A DNA stretch of 52,744 nt from a virus (lineage: Duplodnaviria; Caudoviricetes), in IMG/VR virus record IMGVR_UViG_3300037113_000050, positions 1 through 52,744 of that record; one strand, written 5' to 3'. The notes below the pieces were generated by a model that did no database searches, had not been told where the DNA came from, and saw only the letters and a program-made list of their open reading frames with translations. Shown here piece by piece: positions 7,266 through 16,679 of the stretch. Positions within the stretch are counted from its first letter, which is position 1. Each line of letters begins with the position of its first letter. The position numbers and the translations under genes are program-made.

Positions 7266-9275
7266 TTACCAGTTCGTGCCGTCATAATTTCCAGTCATCC
7301 AGGCATGAATCCCGGTAATGTTAATCGGTGTGGCAGTGTTTGGATTTCCCAAGCTTGAAAGGTCATAACTGATGTATTTTACGCAGTTTGTTCCTTGCAT
7401 ATCCGGGAACGTATTAGTTACCATCACATAAATGTAGTTCGTGGGTTGCAATGTAAATATAGGAAAGTATTGTGAAAAATTTACATGCCCGATAACCGGC
7501 CCGTTTATTTCCACAGCACTGCGATTTGTCCAAGTTAGAGAATTTGTTCCGGTATATTCAAATTGCAGTCTAAATATTAAGTTTGTCACCCATTGAGGAA
7601 TTGGAATGAAATAGACCTCAGATGCCGATCCAGTCCACATTGTCACTGCTGGTCTGGTAAAAAATGGAGATGGGGTACTACCCAGGTTTGGGTTTAATCC
7701 GCCAACCCAACCAAGTTCAGACAGTGGAATTTCTTTTTCGATTTTTAAGATTCCTTTTGAGTAGGAAGCTGAAGAAATACCAAACGTCCCCCCAAACACA
7801 TTGTTCGCGTTGGTCAGGGTCAGAGCCAGAGGAGAATTGGTGGCAACCAAACCATTAGTGGTGGCGCTGACGTTGGTCAGGCCGGAGCCGTTGCCGGTGA
7901 AGGTGCCGCTCAAGTTCACGCCGCTCGCGTTATTGGTCACCATCCCCGCCGTGGCGGAGTTGGCAATGTTGGTGGCATCTGACTTGAGCGCGTAGGTTGT
8001 CGGCACGCTGCCGATGTCAGAAGTGTATTTGATGCCGAGCGCCGAACCATCATCAGTGATGGTCGTTCCAGACACCGTAGCCGAATGGACGCTAAGAATT
8101 GCCAGCGGATTTATCTGCTCAAAGATCGTTCCAACATGCAACACTGAATAGGTATCCGTCTCGTACTTGTCGTATTGCGAATGAATAGCAGTAGTAGTTC
8201 CTTTTAGATTTCCAGCAGATACCATTTGATAATAACCTGCGGTACAGTCATAAAAATCAGTGTGGAAAAAAATGTTTTCAGCCGTCGCACTAGGAAGCAC
8301 AAAGCAGCCACCAGTCCAGAACGGGGATGCCGTTGTCCATCCAGTATTCCTGTTTCCACATGCGCCAAAAAGATTGTTGTGCCATTCGGCATGATCGTCA
8401 TTGCAATAGATGCCACCCAGTCCTGTAAACCGGTTGTTGTCATAAAATCCCTTTTCACCATTCGGAGTGCTGACTTGTATGACCAGGTTATTAACAATGC
8501 TGGAAAGATTTGGATAGGTACATGAATCACCAATCCCTAAACCGGTCGAAAACACACTGTTGTTGGTGACATAATTCCAGTATCCAAATTTGTTGTGTAT
8601 CCACTCGTTATGGCACACCCCATTAACCTCTTTGATAAGGTAGTCTGGATAATCGCTTATGCTCGAAATAACCATATCTTTCAGTGTCAGATAGATTGTC
8701 GGATTGCCAGCCGAGCCATTGTCAACTGTCAGGCCCGGCAGGGTTGTAAAAACCAAGGCGCTGTTATTGTATGCTGTCCCGATGAATTTATAAGAGTTGA
8801 TGGAGGTTGGGCCATTGGTTAATAGTATGCCTGGGCAATAGTTTTGACCACATACCAAGATTGTTCCACCTCCACAGATAGTTACATTACCTGGGTAGAA
8901 CGGAAGATGATTCACCGCCTGTTGCACGTAATTGTTGCCGAGCTGCGGTGAGAATACTTTGGTGCCAAGGAATTGCGCCGGGATGTTGGTGTAAGGAACT
9001 ACCAAAACACCATCAAGTGGAAGGATTTGCGCGAGTTGATTTGAGGTTATCATCCCAGCCGTGGCGGAGGCGAGTTGCTGCGTGGTGGCCAGACCGTTCG
9101 CGGCGGCGTTGAGGTTGGTAAGGTTGCCACCGTTGCCACTCGCCAGATTTGTCAATGACTGTGGCGTTGGCAGGTTCGCCGCAAGGTTGGTCGTCCACGG
9201 GTTCATTTGAACCGGAGAAACCCCGGCGAACACGTGGACACAGAAAAGCAGCAGCAGAGTCGTGAGTTTTTTCAT
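7266..9275 (-). CDS. Tail-spike/adhesin-like beta-rich protein with apparent signal peptide
   Basis: N/T/G-rich, beta-helix-like centre, GNGSGLTN-like repeats; MKKLTTLLLLFCVHVFA N-terminus. Confidence 0.55.
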   Translation of the reverse strand: MKKLTTLLLLFCVHVFAGVSPVQMNPWTTNLAANLPTPQSLTNLASGNGGNLTNLNAAANGLATTQQLASATAGMITSNQLAQILPLDGVLVVPYTNIPAQFLGTKVFSPQLGNNYVQQAVNHLPFYPGNVTICGGGTILVCGQNYCPGILLTNGPTSINSYKFIGTAYNNSALVFTTLPGLTVDNGSAGNPTIYLTLKDMVISSISDYPDYLIKEVNGVCHNEWIHNKFGYWNYVTNNSVFSTGLGIGDSCTYPNLSSIVNNLVIQVSTPNGEKGFYDNNRFTGLGGIYCNDDHAEWHNNLFGACGNRNTGWTTASPFWTGGCFVLPSATAENIFFHTDFYDCTAGYYQMVSAGNLKGTTTAIHSQYDKYETDTYSVLHVGTIFEQINPLAILSVHSATVSGTTITDDGSALGIKYTSDIGSVPTTYALKSDATNIANSATAGMVTNNASGVNLSGTFTGNGSGLTNVSATTNGLVATNSPLALTLTNANNVFGGTFGISSASYSKGILKIEKEIPLSELGWVGGLNPNLGSTPSPFFTRPAVTMWTGSASEVYFIPIPQWVTNLIFRLQFEYTGTNSLTWTNRSAVEINGPVIGHVNFSQYFPIFTLQPTNYIYVMVTNTFPDMQGTNCVKYISYDLSSLGNPNTATPINITGIHAWMTGNYDGTNW

Positions 9276-9294
9276 AAAATCGGAAAAGTTGAAT

Positions 9295-9627
9295 TTAAAC
9301 CAGCATTATCCAGACACCATTTGAAACTGCCCAAAGCGTGCTATCCGAGTCGTTGATGTAAAGTGAAGGTGGAGCAACTGCCAGGCTATTTGATACCGGC
9401 GTGCCAGTGCCGTGCTGCACGCTGCCACCACTGCCACCGCCGGAGCCAGACGCCAGCAGGTAGATAATCACACCCAGCTTGTCCTGAATGCACTGGAAGC
9501 AGCTTGCGGCGGTTTGAAGTTGTTGGGCAGTCATAGAGCCTGTGTTGAGTAGGTAGATGATTGCCGCCAGCTTGTCCTGTATTGTGGAAAAGCTGACGGC
9601 ACCATTTTGAGTTTGTTGCGCGGTCAT
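9295..9627 (-). CDS. Putative virion structural protein
   Basis: Internal repeat IQDKLxxIIYLL; follows the capsid cluster. Confidence 0.55.
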   Translation of the reverse strand: MTAQQTQNGAVSFSTIQDKLAAIIYLLNTGSMTAQQLQTAASCFQCIQDKLGVIIYLLASGSGGGSGGSVQHGTGTPVSNSLAVAPPSLYINDSDSTLWAVSNGVWIMLV

Positions 9628-10712
9628 TGCGGATAAGCCGCGTGTCTGCCTAGCTTGACGAGCAACAGCAGAAACGCCTGGGCCAGTTGACGGTCATTCA
9701 TCTGGTTTAAACCGGCAGTCCGAACCGCAATCACATTGACATCAGTCGGCAGGGAAGCTCCGTTGGCATTCGCATTTTCGTAGGCGGAGTTCAATGTGGC
9801 TTGGCCGGCGTAAGTTCCAACCGTGCCGACGCCAAGCTGTTCATCGGAGTAATTGTTGAAGATCACCGCGTCGGTGTTAAGTGTGTTTCGCAGCACATTG
9901 CCGTCCGCTGCGAGGTAATTTGTTCCGCCGATGGCCTTGAGTTCCGCCGCCATAAAATAGACGAGGAAGGCCATCTTTTGGTGCCCACTCAAGCATTGCG
10001 CAGCGCAAAACGTGGTGGTGCTGGTGCCAACACCAACCAAACTTGGCGCAACTCCAACCAAGGGCGGTGGAGTGACAGTCACCAAGACTGGCATGGTGAC
10101 GGTATTCGTATCGAGTGTGACGGCACCATTGCTGGCCAGCAAGCGGCCAGTGACCGTTGCGCTGGTCGTCGCGGTGATTGAGGTCAGCGCCAGAACGGTG
10201 CCCAACAGATTCGAGGATGCTCCCAGCGTGGCGGAGGTGCCGACCTGCCAGAACACATTCGCGGCCTGCGCGCCGTTGATGAGAACAACATTGCTCGCCG
10301 CGGCGGTGATGAGCGTAGATGCCATCTGGAAGATGAACACCGCGTTAGCGTCCCCCTGGCCGTCCAGCGTCAGCGTTCCGGTGATACCGAACGTGCCGTT
10401 GGCAGATGTATAGACCCCCGGCGTCTTGGTCGTACTTCCAAGCTCGGTTGGAACGGTGGATGCACCCGTCGCGGCTGCCGCAAACAGGTAAGCCGCCGTC
10501 AAATCCAGTTTGGCCTGCTGCGTTGTAGCGTCTCCGGCGTGGTTGACGCCGTAAAGGACGGCGTTGCCTATGCCAGTGATGGTCGTGGTCGGGAACGTCC
10601 CGATGCTGCCGGTGATCGCGGTTGAATTGGCTGCTCCGGCAAAGGTAATGCCGCTGCCGCCAAGCAGGGCAAACAGACCGGACGATAAAAGTGGTACCGT
10701 GGTTTCGTACAT
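9624..10712 (-). CDS. DUF3494 ice-binding-like domain fused to an unknown C-terminal domain
   Basis: TPGVY, GTLTLDGQGDANAVFIFQ, LINGAQAANVFWQVGTSATLG and GRLLA motifs. Confidence 0.9.
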   Translation of the reverse strand: MYETTVPLLSSGLFALLGGSGITFAGAANSTAITGSIGTFPTTTITGIGNAVLYGVNHAGDATTQQAKLDLTAAYLFAAAATGASTVPTELGSTTKTPGVYTSANGTFGITGTLTLDGQGDANAVFIFQMASTLITAAASNVVLINGAQAANVFWQVGTSATLGASSNLLGTVLALTSITATTSATVTGRLLASNGAVTLDTNTVTMPVLVTVTPPPLVGVAPSLVGVGTSTTTFCAAQCLSGHQKMAFLVYFMAAELKAIGGTNYLAADGNVLRNTLNTDAVIFNNYSDEQLGVGTVGTYAGQATLNSAYENANANGASLPTDVNVIAVRTAGLNQMNDRQLAQAFLLLLVKLGRHAAYPQ

Positions 10713-10715
10713 AAA

Positions 10716-11009
10716 TTACATTCCTTTCGGTTGGGGTTTGAATTCGTCAGCCATGCCATCGGTGCCGCCCGCAGATTCAGGCTCACTGGCCGGCATTGGC
10801 GCGAGATTGGCAATGCCATTCTGCTGGTCAACGCTGACGACCTTGAATTGAACCGTGTCGCCTTCCTTGGCTGCTCCAATCGCAGATGCTGGTACTTCGA
10901 CGGTTTGCGACTGATCGTCTTGTGGTGGGGCTGCTGGGGCCGCTGGCTGGGCGTCTTCGGCCATGACGGGCGGCTGGCCTTCCGCTTGGTTTTGAGGTGG
11001 AGTTGGCAT
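10716..11009 (-). CDS. Acidic/Pro-rich hypothetical protein
   Basis: ORF directly downstream of the capsid gene. Confidence 0.6.
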   Translation of the reverse strand: MPTPPQNQAEGQPPVMAEDAQPAAPAAPPQDDQSQTVEVPASAIGAAKEGDTVQFKVVSVDQQNGIANLAPMPASEPESAGGTDGMADEFKPQPKGM

Positions 11010-11028
11010 AATAATTTTTGTTTCGGGT

Positions 11029-11064
11029 CAAAATGTGGCTGGCGTATGAACACCGCCAGCCACA
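11029..11064 (-). terminator. Intrinsic terminator-like hairpin after the capsid gene
   Basis: 11 bp stem tgtggctggcg/cgccagccaca followed by TTTT on the minus strand. Confidence 0.6.
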
Positions 11065-11084
11065 CCCGAACCCAATGACCCAAC

Positions 11085-12410
11085 TTACACCTGGCAAACC
11101 GGCGGATTATCGCTCGTGGAATACTGCGCGTATTGAGGTTCCGCGCCGCAAACCGGCACATCCACATTGCACGCCTTGCCTGCGCCGTCAATCAGGTGGA
11201 AGATCGGGATGGTCAGCGGCTTCTGCTCGTATCGGAAACCAAGCTCTATGTAGCAGGCCCAGAAGAACTTCCATTGGAGCAGGTTGTCAATGTCGCACAT
11301 GGTCCCGTCCTGTTGCTGGTACTTCAACACGCGGTCATTGAAATACTCCCAAGTGCCCCACATGGCCGAATTGACGGTGGGGATCATCTCGTGAACCTTC
11401 TTGGGCTTCGGAGTCAACAGTGTGGCAGACTTCGGGTGGATGATTTCAGACACAGCAAACCGAGCGTTCAAATACGCCGGATTCACAATCGGCTTAATGC
11501 CGGTCGAGGCGGCGACGTTGTAATACGGCAGCACCCGAGTAAACGTGCCACTACCGGGGGCTGTCTCCTGATAGCGCTTCTGGTGGTCGTCGAATGTGGG
11601 GGCGAACGAGCCAAACGGGTCGGCATTGACGCCAGCGCCAATCTGGTACAGCGGCGACACGTCCTTAACGCCGACGAGGTGCAACTGCGCCTTCACTTCG
11701 GGATTCAGGCCGACCAGCCGTTGATACGTACGCTGCCCGGTGACGAGCGAGCGCATACCCTTCGCCAGACCGCTTTCCATGTCGTACCCCTTCATCGTAA
11801 GCGATTGCTGGTAATAATTCAGGTAGGACAGAGACAGGTCAGAGGTTGGCGCGTTGCCAGCCCCCAGTGTGATCGTCGAGGCGTTGTCGTCAATCGTGAC
11901 ACCCGGCGCAATTGGCGTTTCCGTGAAGGCCGAACCGCAGATATACAGCGTGTCATTGCGGCTCAGGAACCGGGTGCGGAGATAATCCGCAGTGAAACCC
12001 ATCGGAATCCGGCGAATGTTCCGGTACATCTCCCGGATTTGGCCAGCGAGATTCGGAATCTGGCGCAGTTGGTTCAGATCCCACAGTTGCGACACGATCA
12101 TCTTGAAATCCATGCCGTAGCTGTCGCGCGTGGTGCCGCCGCTGATGAACTGACGGGGAGGAAGCGAATTGTCGCAGTCCGAACCGTTCGTGGTGCCGCG
12201 ACTGCCCCAGGGCGCAGTGTAATCGGGCTGTCCGACGTGAACCTTGTCAAACCATCGGATGGCCGCACCATCCTCCCATGTTTCGGTTTGGTGCCGCCCA
12301 ATGTAGGGCAGGCCAGGCATGTCGGAAATGAAATCCTTGAGGAATTCCTTGTCAAAAACCGGCGTTTGCCGGGCAAGAGTCGTTGAAAGCAAATTACAGG
12401 AAATTGCCAT
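11085..12410 (-). CDS. Major capsid protein (putative)
   Basis: 441 aa, own promoter and terminator, located in the head module after portal/scaffold; assigned by context. Confidence 0.7.
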   Translation of the reverse strand: MAISCNLLSTTLARQTPVFDKEFLKDFISDMPGLPYIGRHQTETWEDGAAIRWFDKVHVGQPDYTAPWGSRGTTNGSDCDNSLPPRQFISGGTTRDSYGMDFKMIVSQLWDLNQLRQIPNLAGQIREMYRNIRRIPMGFTADYLRTRFLSRNDTLYICGSAFTETPIAPGVTIDDNASTITLGAGNAPTSDLSLSYLNYYQQSLTMKGYDMESGLAKGMRSLVTGQRTYQRLVGLNPEVKAQLHLVGVKDVSPLYQIGAGVNADPFGSFAPTFDDHQKRYQETAPGSGTFTRVLPYYNVAASTGIKPIVNPAYLNARFAVSEIIHPKSATLLTPKPKKVHEMIPTVNSAMWGTWEYFNDRVLKYQQQDGTMCDIDNLLQWKFFWACYIELGFRYEQKPLTIPIFHLIDGAGKACNVDVPVCGAEPQYAQYSTSDNPPVCQV

Positions 12411-12589
12411 AAAATTGAATCACGGTTTTGTCGCAAAGCGACGGGTTAAAGTTTTGGAACAACCGACGAAGGGGACGGAAGCCTTCAACTGTAACCGTGA
12501 TTCAGGCCGCTCGCAGAGCGCGAGACACCTTGTAGCCGTCGGGTGCGGCGATTTTAAAACCCGACCGGCGTGTGAGCGCCGTTGAAGAA

Positions 12590-12618
12590 GAATTACACCA
12601 AATCAAATCACCTGTCAA
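12590..12618 (-). promoter_or_regulatory. Sigma70-like promoter upstream of the capsid gene
   Basis: TTGACA-17bp-TAATTC on the minus strand. Confidence 0.5.
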
Positions 12619-12630
12619 ATTTTATTTCGG

Positions 12631-13914
12631 TCAGACGGTAAAAACCGCGTTGTCTCGTTGGACAATACTGTTTTGAACCCAAGGGCAGACTTCCATTTCA
12701 AGTTTGTGGCCCAGCCCCATGGCGATCCACGCAGGGGAACTTTGATTTCCTATAAAAAGTTCACTTCCCGCGATTATTTCAGCCAGTTTCAAGAGATTCT
12801 CTGTTGGGTGGTATTCAACGTGCCCGAACTTGGATTCAAAGTCTCTGTGTTCAGATGGTAATCCGACAAACAGGGCTTTTTTGCCGTGCGTCCCAAGTCT
12901 GCCTTTCCAGTCGAAATTCGGGTTCTGATACCGATGGCTTCGGGCAATTACAACACGTCCACTTGATTCCGAAGATGGAGCGACCTTGATCCATGGAGAA
13001 AAATCAAGACTGGCACACCCCAGATGGCGGGCCTGCCAGCACGCAAGATTTTCTCCATCCCGGTAATCAATCCTGAACTGGGAAAAATCAAAGGTGGGAT
13101 TTCCTCTGTCCGCTGCCCAATCCACCGATGAAATATATTCCTGACTTTCCAGCAGCGGCCTGATGGCTTCAAATCTACCGCCAGCGAGTGATTCCCTTGG
13201 CTGCCTGGCACAAGGCCCGGTCACTGGCGGCCCGACAATAAACTTCCCGCCGCCAAGTTGCCTAGCTACCGGCATTGCGGCGATAATGTCCCCAAGGTCG
13301 CCAGTGTGAAAAAAGGAAGCCTGAAAGCCGGGAATCAGGGACTGGTGCTTGTCGGAGTGAAAAATCACCGCTTCAGGACGCAAAATGTCATTGTCACGCG
13401 GGAAAACCGGACGGTGTTTGACGAGCCCATTTTCGTAAAAACCGTAGCGATGCTGAATGAGCGGTGTCCGGTGAATCAATCCGGACAGATGATGGAGCAT
13501 CCACTTGTCCCATGCGTCATGCTTAAAATCAACTGGAATCAGGAACTTGGTGTCAGTCGGGTAAACTCCGATACCGCCTACAATGTCGTCAGGCGGGGTG
13601 CTGTCGCTGGACAACATGAATGGCTTTCCGCACCGGGCATATTCATCGCTCAAAATCTGCGCCCAACCCGGTCGTGTTGGGATTGAGTCAGGCTCCATCC
13701 AAATGAACGGCTGGCCATCCATTGAAATAGCTGCGGTTCTAAGCGAAAATGATGCGCGATATTCAGCTTCAGTGCCTTTAAACAATGGGGTATGCCCCTC
13801 ATCATTGACGTGTACCACCCGCACCACGGTCCCGTCCAGTTTTAGACAATGCGCCACAAGTCGTCTCACCTGTTCCTGTATCCGGGGCACGCAAGTTATT
13901 ACAGGCTGAATCAT
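12631..13914 (-). CDS. Two-domain glycosyltransferase-like protein (C-terminal GT9/heptosyltransferase-like)
   Basis: HTGDLGDIIAAMP and LAEIIAGSELFIGNQSSP motifs; N-terminal WMEPDS domain. Confidence 0.7.
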   Translation of the reverse strand: MIQPVITCVPRIQEQVRRLVAHCLKLDGTVVRVVHVNDEGHTPLFKGTEAEYRASFSLRTAAISMDGQPFIWMEPDSIPTRPGWAQILSDEYARCGKPFMLSSDSTPPDDIVGGIGVYPTDTKFLIPVDFKHDAWDKWMLHHLSGLIHRTPLIQHRYGFYENGLVKHRPVFPRDNDILRPEAVIFHSDKHQSLIPGFQASFFHTGDLGDIIAAMPVARQLGGGKFIVGPPVTGPCARQPRESLAGGRFEAIRPLLESQEYISSVDWAADRGNPTFDFSQFRIDYRDGENLACWQARHLGCASLDFSPWIKVAPSSESSGRVVIARSHRYQNPNFDWKGRLGTHGKKALFVGLPSEHRDFESKFGHVEYHPTENLLKLAEIIAGSELFIGNQSSPAWIAMGLGHKLEMEVCPWVQNSIVQRDNAVFTV

Positions 13915-14483
13915 ATTGGTTTTTGGATTACAAACTCGATCCCGCATTCCACACCGTCGCATTCGTTCCACGTCTGGTCTATTGTGTCAGCAGCATTGAA
14001 ATCAAAGTTCTTCAAAATCAGCCGGCAAATCAGGACGTTGTAGAGTGACAGAAATTCTGGAACAAAAATCAACGGCGCATGGCCGAAAATCTTTCGGTGA
14101 AGTGAAAAACCGACCTTATGATCTGGATTGAACACGCTGGGGAACTGGCGTTTTTCGTAAGCATCAAAGTCTGGCACCATAATGACGGCGTGGCCACCGG
14201 GCCGCAGTAGCATAATCCATCTACGCAGAGCATCCGCCGGGTTGGTCATGTGTTCCAAGACGTGGGAGGCGTGAAGGTAATCGAAGGATGATGGCGGCAG
14301 AAGTTCATCCAGCCGGTTGGCGTCACCATCTTTCGCATCCCAGCCCATGCAATCCTCAAATGGCAGTTTGTCGTCACCGCAGCCAATGTCAATCCCCTTC
14401 CCGGTGAAAATCTTTTTCCAAGGGAATGCCCCCTCAAAATCTTCCACCCATCGGCGGCGAATTGCTTTGGATGTTTCCTTCAT
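13911..14483 (-). CDS. Class I SAM-dependent methyltransferase
   Basis: IDIGCG, FDYLHASHVLEH and LLRPGG motifs. Confidence 0.88.
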   Translation of the reverse strand: MKETSKAIRRRWVEDFEGAFPWKKIFTGKGIDIGCGDDKLPFEDCMGWDAKDGDANRLDELLPPSSFDYLHASHVLEHMTNPADALRRWIMLLRPGGHAVIMVPDFDAYEKRQFPSVFNPDHKVGFSLHRKIFGHAPLIFVPEFLSLYNVLICRLILKNFDFNAADTIDQTWNECDGVECGIEFVIQKPI

Positions 14484-15226
14484 AAAACCTTGTTGGATGG
14501 TTTATTTCTCGCAAGCAGGTCAGGAGCGCCTTCTTCTAGTTCGGTTTTACTAACCGCCACCCACCCTTGGTATGAACAATTATACTGCTTTGATAGTATG
14601 TCTCTGATTCCGCCGGCGATCCGAAGCCAGTGCGGCAGTTTGGATGCTGGGGCGCAGTCATTGAACCTGCCTTGGTTCTGGCGTGCCCATTCGCTTAGGT
14701 TGCTGAAAGTGTGCGTGTAACCGTTCGGGTCGCGGATAGTCCAATGTTTTGCAGCGATGTGGTTGGGCATTCCTCTCGCGATGCCTGCCTTCCTGCGTAT
14801 TTCGTCGTACTTGCCAGATTCCTTCCATTCCTTAATTTTAGCCGTGAGGCGCACAGAATTTTCGGCACACAGCTTTGGCATATCTCGGAATTTATGGAGT
14901 TCGGCAGGATTTCCGCCGCAGTTTTCAAAATGGTTTTTGTAATACTTGAATCCAGACCTTTCAACGTGTTTTCCGCACCCGCACGCGCACAGTGGCCTTG
15001 CCGCGATTGTTTTCTCTTTTCGCTTGTTAAATCCTTCAGTAAAGCAACCACGCGCCCATGCTTTTTTTATGCCTGCCGTTTTCTTGGCCACCCATTCAGG
15101 AGATTGCTTTGTTCCGATGGAGTTATGAGCATGAATGTATCTTCTCGGACGCCCCCGATCATCTGGCGTCACTGCTTGTCCACAGCCACACGCGCAGAGT
15201 GTAGGAGATGTACTTTGGTAGATCAT
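14480..15226 (-). CDS. Homing-endonuclease-associated-type DNA-binding protein with CACGCG repeats
   Basis: Two CACGCG motifs and a NUMOD-like basic region; no clear HNH or GIY-YIG core. Confidence 0.5.
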   Translation of the reverse strand: MIYQSTSPTLCACGCGQAVTPDDRGRPRRYIHAHNSIGTKQSPEWVAKKTAGIKKAWARGCFTEGFNKRKEKTIAARPLCACGCGKHVERSGFKYYKNHFENCGGNPAELHKFRDMPKLCAENSVRLTAKIKEWKESGKYDEIRRKAGIARGMPNHIAAKHWTIRDPNGYTHTFSNLSEWARQNQGRFNDCAPASKLPHWLRIAGGIRDILSKQYNCSYQGWVAVSKTELEEGAPDLLARNKPSNKVL

Positions 15227-15229
15227 AGA

Positions 15230-15985
15230 TCAGTTTTCTACGTTTATTATTGCCGTCGAGACAGCGAACATGAGTTTATCCTTCTGCGCGTCCCAGTCTT
15301 TGTAACGCAGATAAAATCTAAACTTTGGGTGCAACGCACTCCCACGCCAGCCGTCCGCCGCCAGCACGAACGTCGGCACCGGGGACGCCTTGGAAAGATG
15401 GATGTGCGCCGTTTCCACCGTCACCAGCGCGGCAGCTCGGTCGAACAGGCCCAGCAGGTCGTAAAAGCGATCCACCCTGATTTCTGAAAGCCGGAAGATT
15501 TGATGGTTTGGGAACTCGGCCTTGAGCATCGCCGACAATTCCTCCTTTTGCGGGAACGGCGAGCTTTGGCTGTGATCCGCAAACAGAATGTAGGGCATTG
15601 GTGACAGACTCACCGGCTCGCGTGTGATTTCCCGGCGATCAAAAACAAGCGGCCACTCCTCAAAATGTTCCACGCACCCGGCCCGCTGCCACTGGTCAAG
15701 CTGGAAACTTGGCGTGCGATGCTGGATCGGCATGTTATTCGCATGTGTTTGGAGAACGATAACGTCACTGAAACGCTTTTTGGCAAACAGGATTGCCCCG
15801 GCCAAGTCCCCAATATCGCCTTTCCAAATACACTGTTCCACATACGAAACACCCTCAAGAATGGAGGCGTATTCGCGCCCAATGACGAGGGTTGGCTTCT
15901 CGCCGGTAGTTTGGTATTCGTGGAGAAGGATGGGGAGAATACTCAAGCAATCCCCTAGCTTTCCCAACTGAATAAAGCACTTCAT
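15230..15985 (-). CDS. GT9-like glycosyltransferase
   Basis: QLGKLGDCLSILP and AALVTVETAHIHLS motifs. Confidence 0.7.
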   Translation of the reverse strand: MKCFIQLGKLGDCLSILPILLHEYQTTGEKPTLVIGREYASILEGVSYVEQCIWKGDIGDLAGAILFAKKRFSDVIVLQTHANNMPIQHRTPSFQLDQWQRAGCVEHFEEWPLVFDRREITREPVSLSPMPYILFADHSQSSPFPQKEELSAMLKAEFPNHQIFRLSEIRVDRFYDLLGLFDRAAALVTVETAHIHLSKASPVPTFVLAADGWRGSALHPKFRFYLRYKDWDAQKDKLMFAVSTAIINVEN

Positions 15986-16431
15986 TTTGCGCCTTTAAGC
16001 TCAACCTCGCACAAATACTTAATCTGATCACCTACTACACTTACAACCTTCCATTTCCCAAATAGACTTATCCTTGAATCTGCGATGACATATTTTAACC
16101 CATGCTCAATCAGTTTTGTACCTATAAAAACTTCCGCTGTCCGGCGCAGTGTATGATATAGGTTTTCAGCTTGGATAGATATTGAATGATCGCCAAATAT
16201 TGGCAATGTCGCCGATATTAAAAACTCTACATGAATATCCAACAATTTCTCATTCTCGGATTCTTTTGATAAAATAGGAATTGTCCTAAAGGCGTATATG
16301 GCCGGGCGTTGTTGTGGGGTAATGCCTTGGTCCCAAGAGCCATAATGGAACTCTAAATCACTAGCAAATGCGCGTGGAATAACCTCACATTGCCTTGCAA
16401 TCGTCTGAATTATTGTGTCCTGCGTTATCAT
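15982..16431 (-). CDS. Hypothetical protein (AT-richer than neighbours)
   Basis: ORF overlaps both neighbours by ATGA. Confidence 0.55.
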   Translation of the reverse strand: MITQDTIIQTIARQCEVIPRAFASDLEFHYGSWDQGITPQQRPAIYAFRTIPILSKESENEKLLDIHVEFLISATLPIFGDHSISIQAENLYHTLRRTAEVFIGTKLIEHGLKYVIADSRISLFGKWKVVSVVGDQIKYLCEVELKGAK

Positions 16432-16679
16432 TCCAGTATGGCTAGGATGTCCCCAGCGTCAATCATGGTGGATTTCTCGTCTTCGGAAAGCTGCTGATGG
16501 TGCTTTGAGAAGAACACCCGGTCTCCTACTTTTAACCCGGTGTCCTTCGAAGCCTTCTTGGATATGGCTGTGATGGTTCCTCTGTCCGGCATCTGGCGGG
16601 ACATTCTGGCACGCCATATCAAACCGACCTGATCCTCGATGTCAGGCCGGATGAATACTCGGTTGCCAAGTGGTGTCAT
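16428..16679 (-). CDS. groES: GroES-like co-chaperonin
   Basis: PLGNRVFI, GTITAIS, LKVGDRVFF and DILAILE motifs. Confidence 0.8.
   Translation of the reverse strand: MTPLGNRVFIRPDIEDQVGLIWRARMSRQMPDRGTITAISKKASKDTGLKVGDRVFFSKHHQQLSEDEKSTMIDAGDILAILE

Noticed and set aside
11133-12386. 417 aa plus-strand ORF
   Set aside because: Antisense shadow of the capsid gene, with no recognisable motifs
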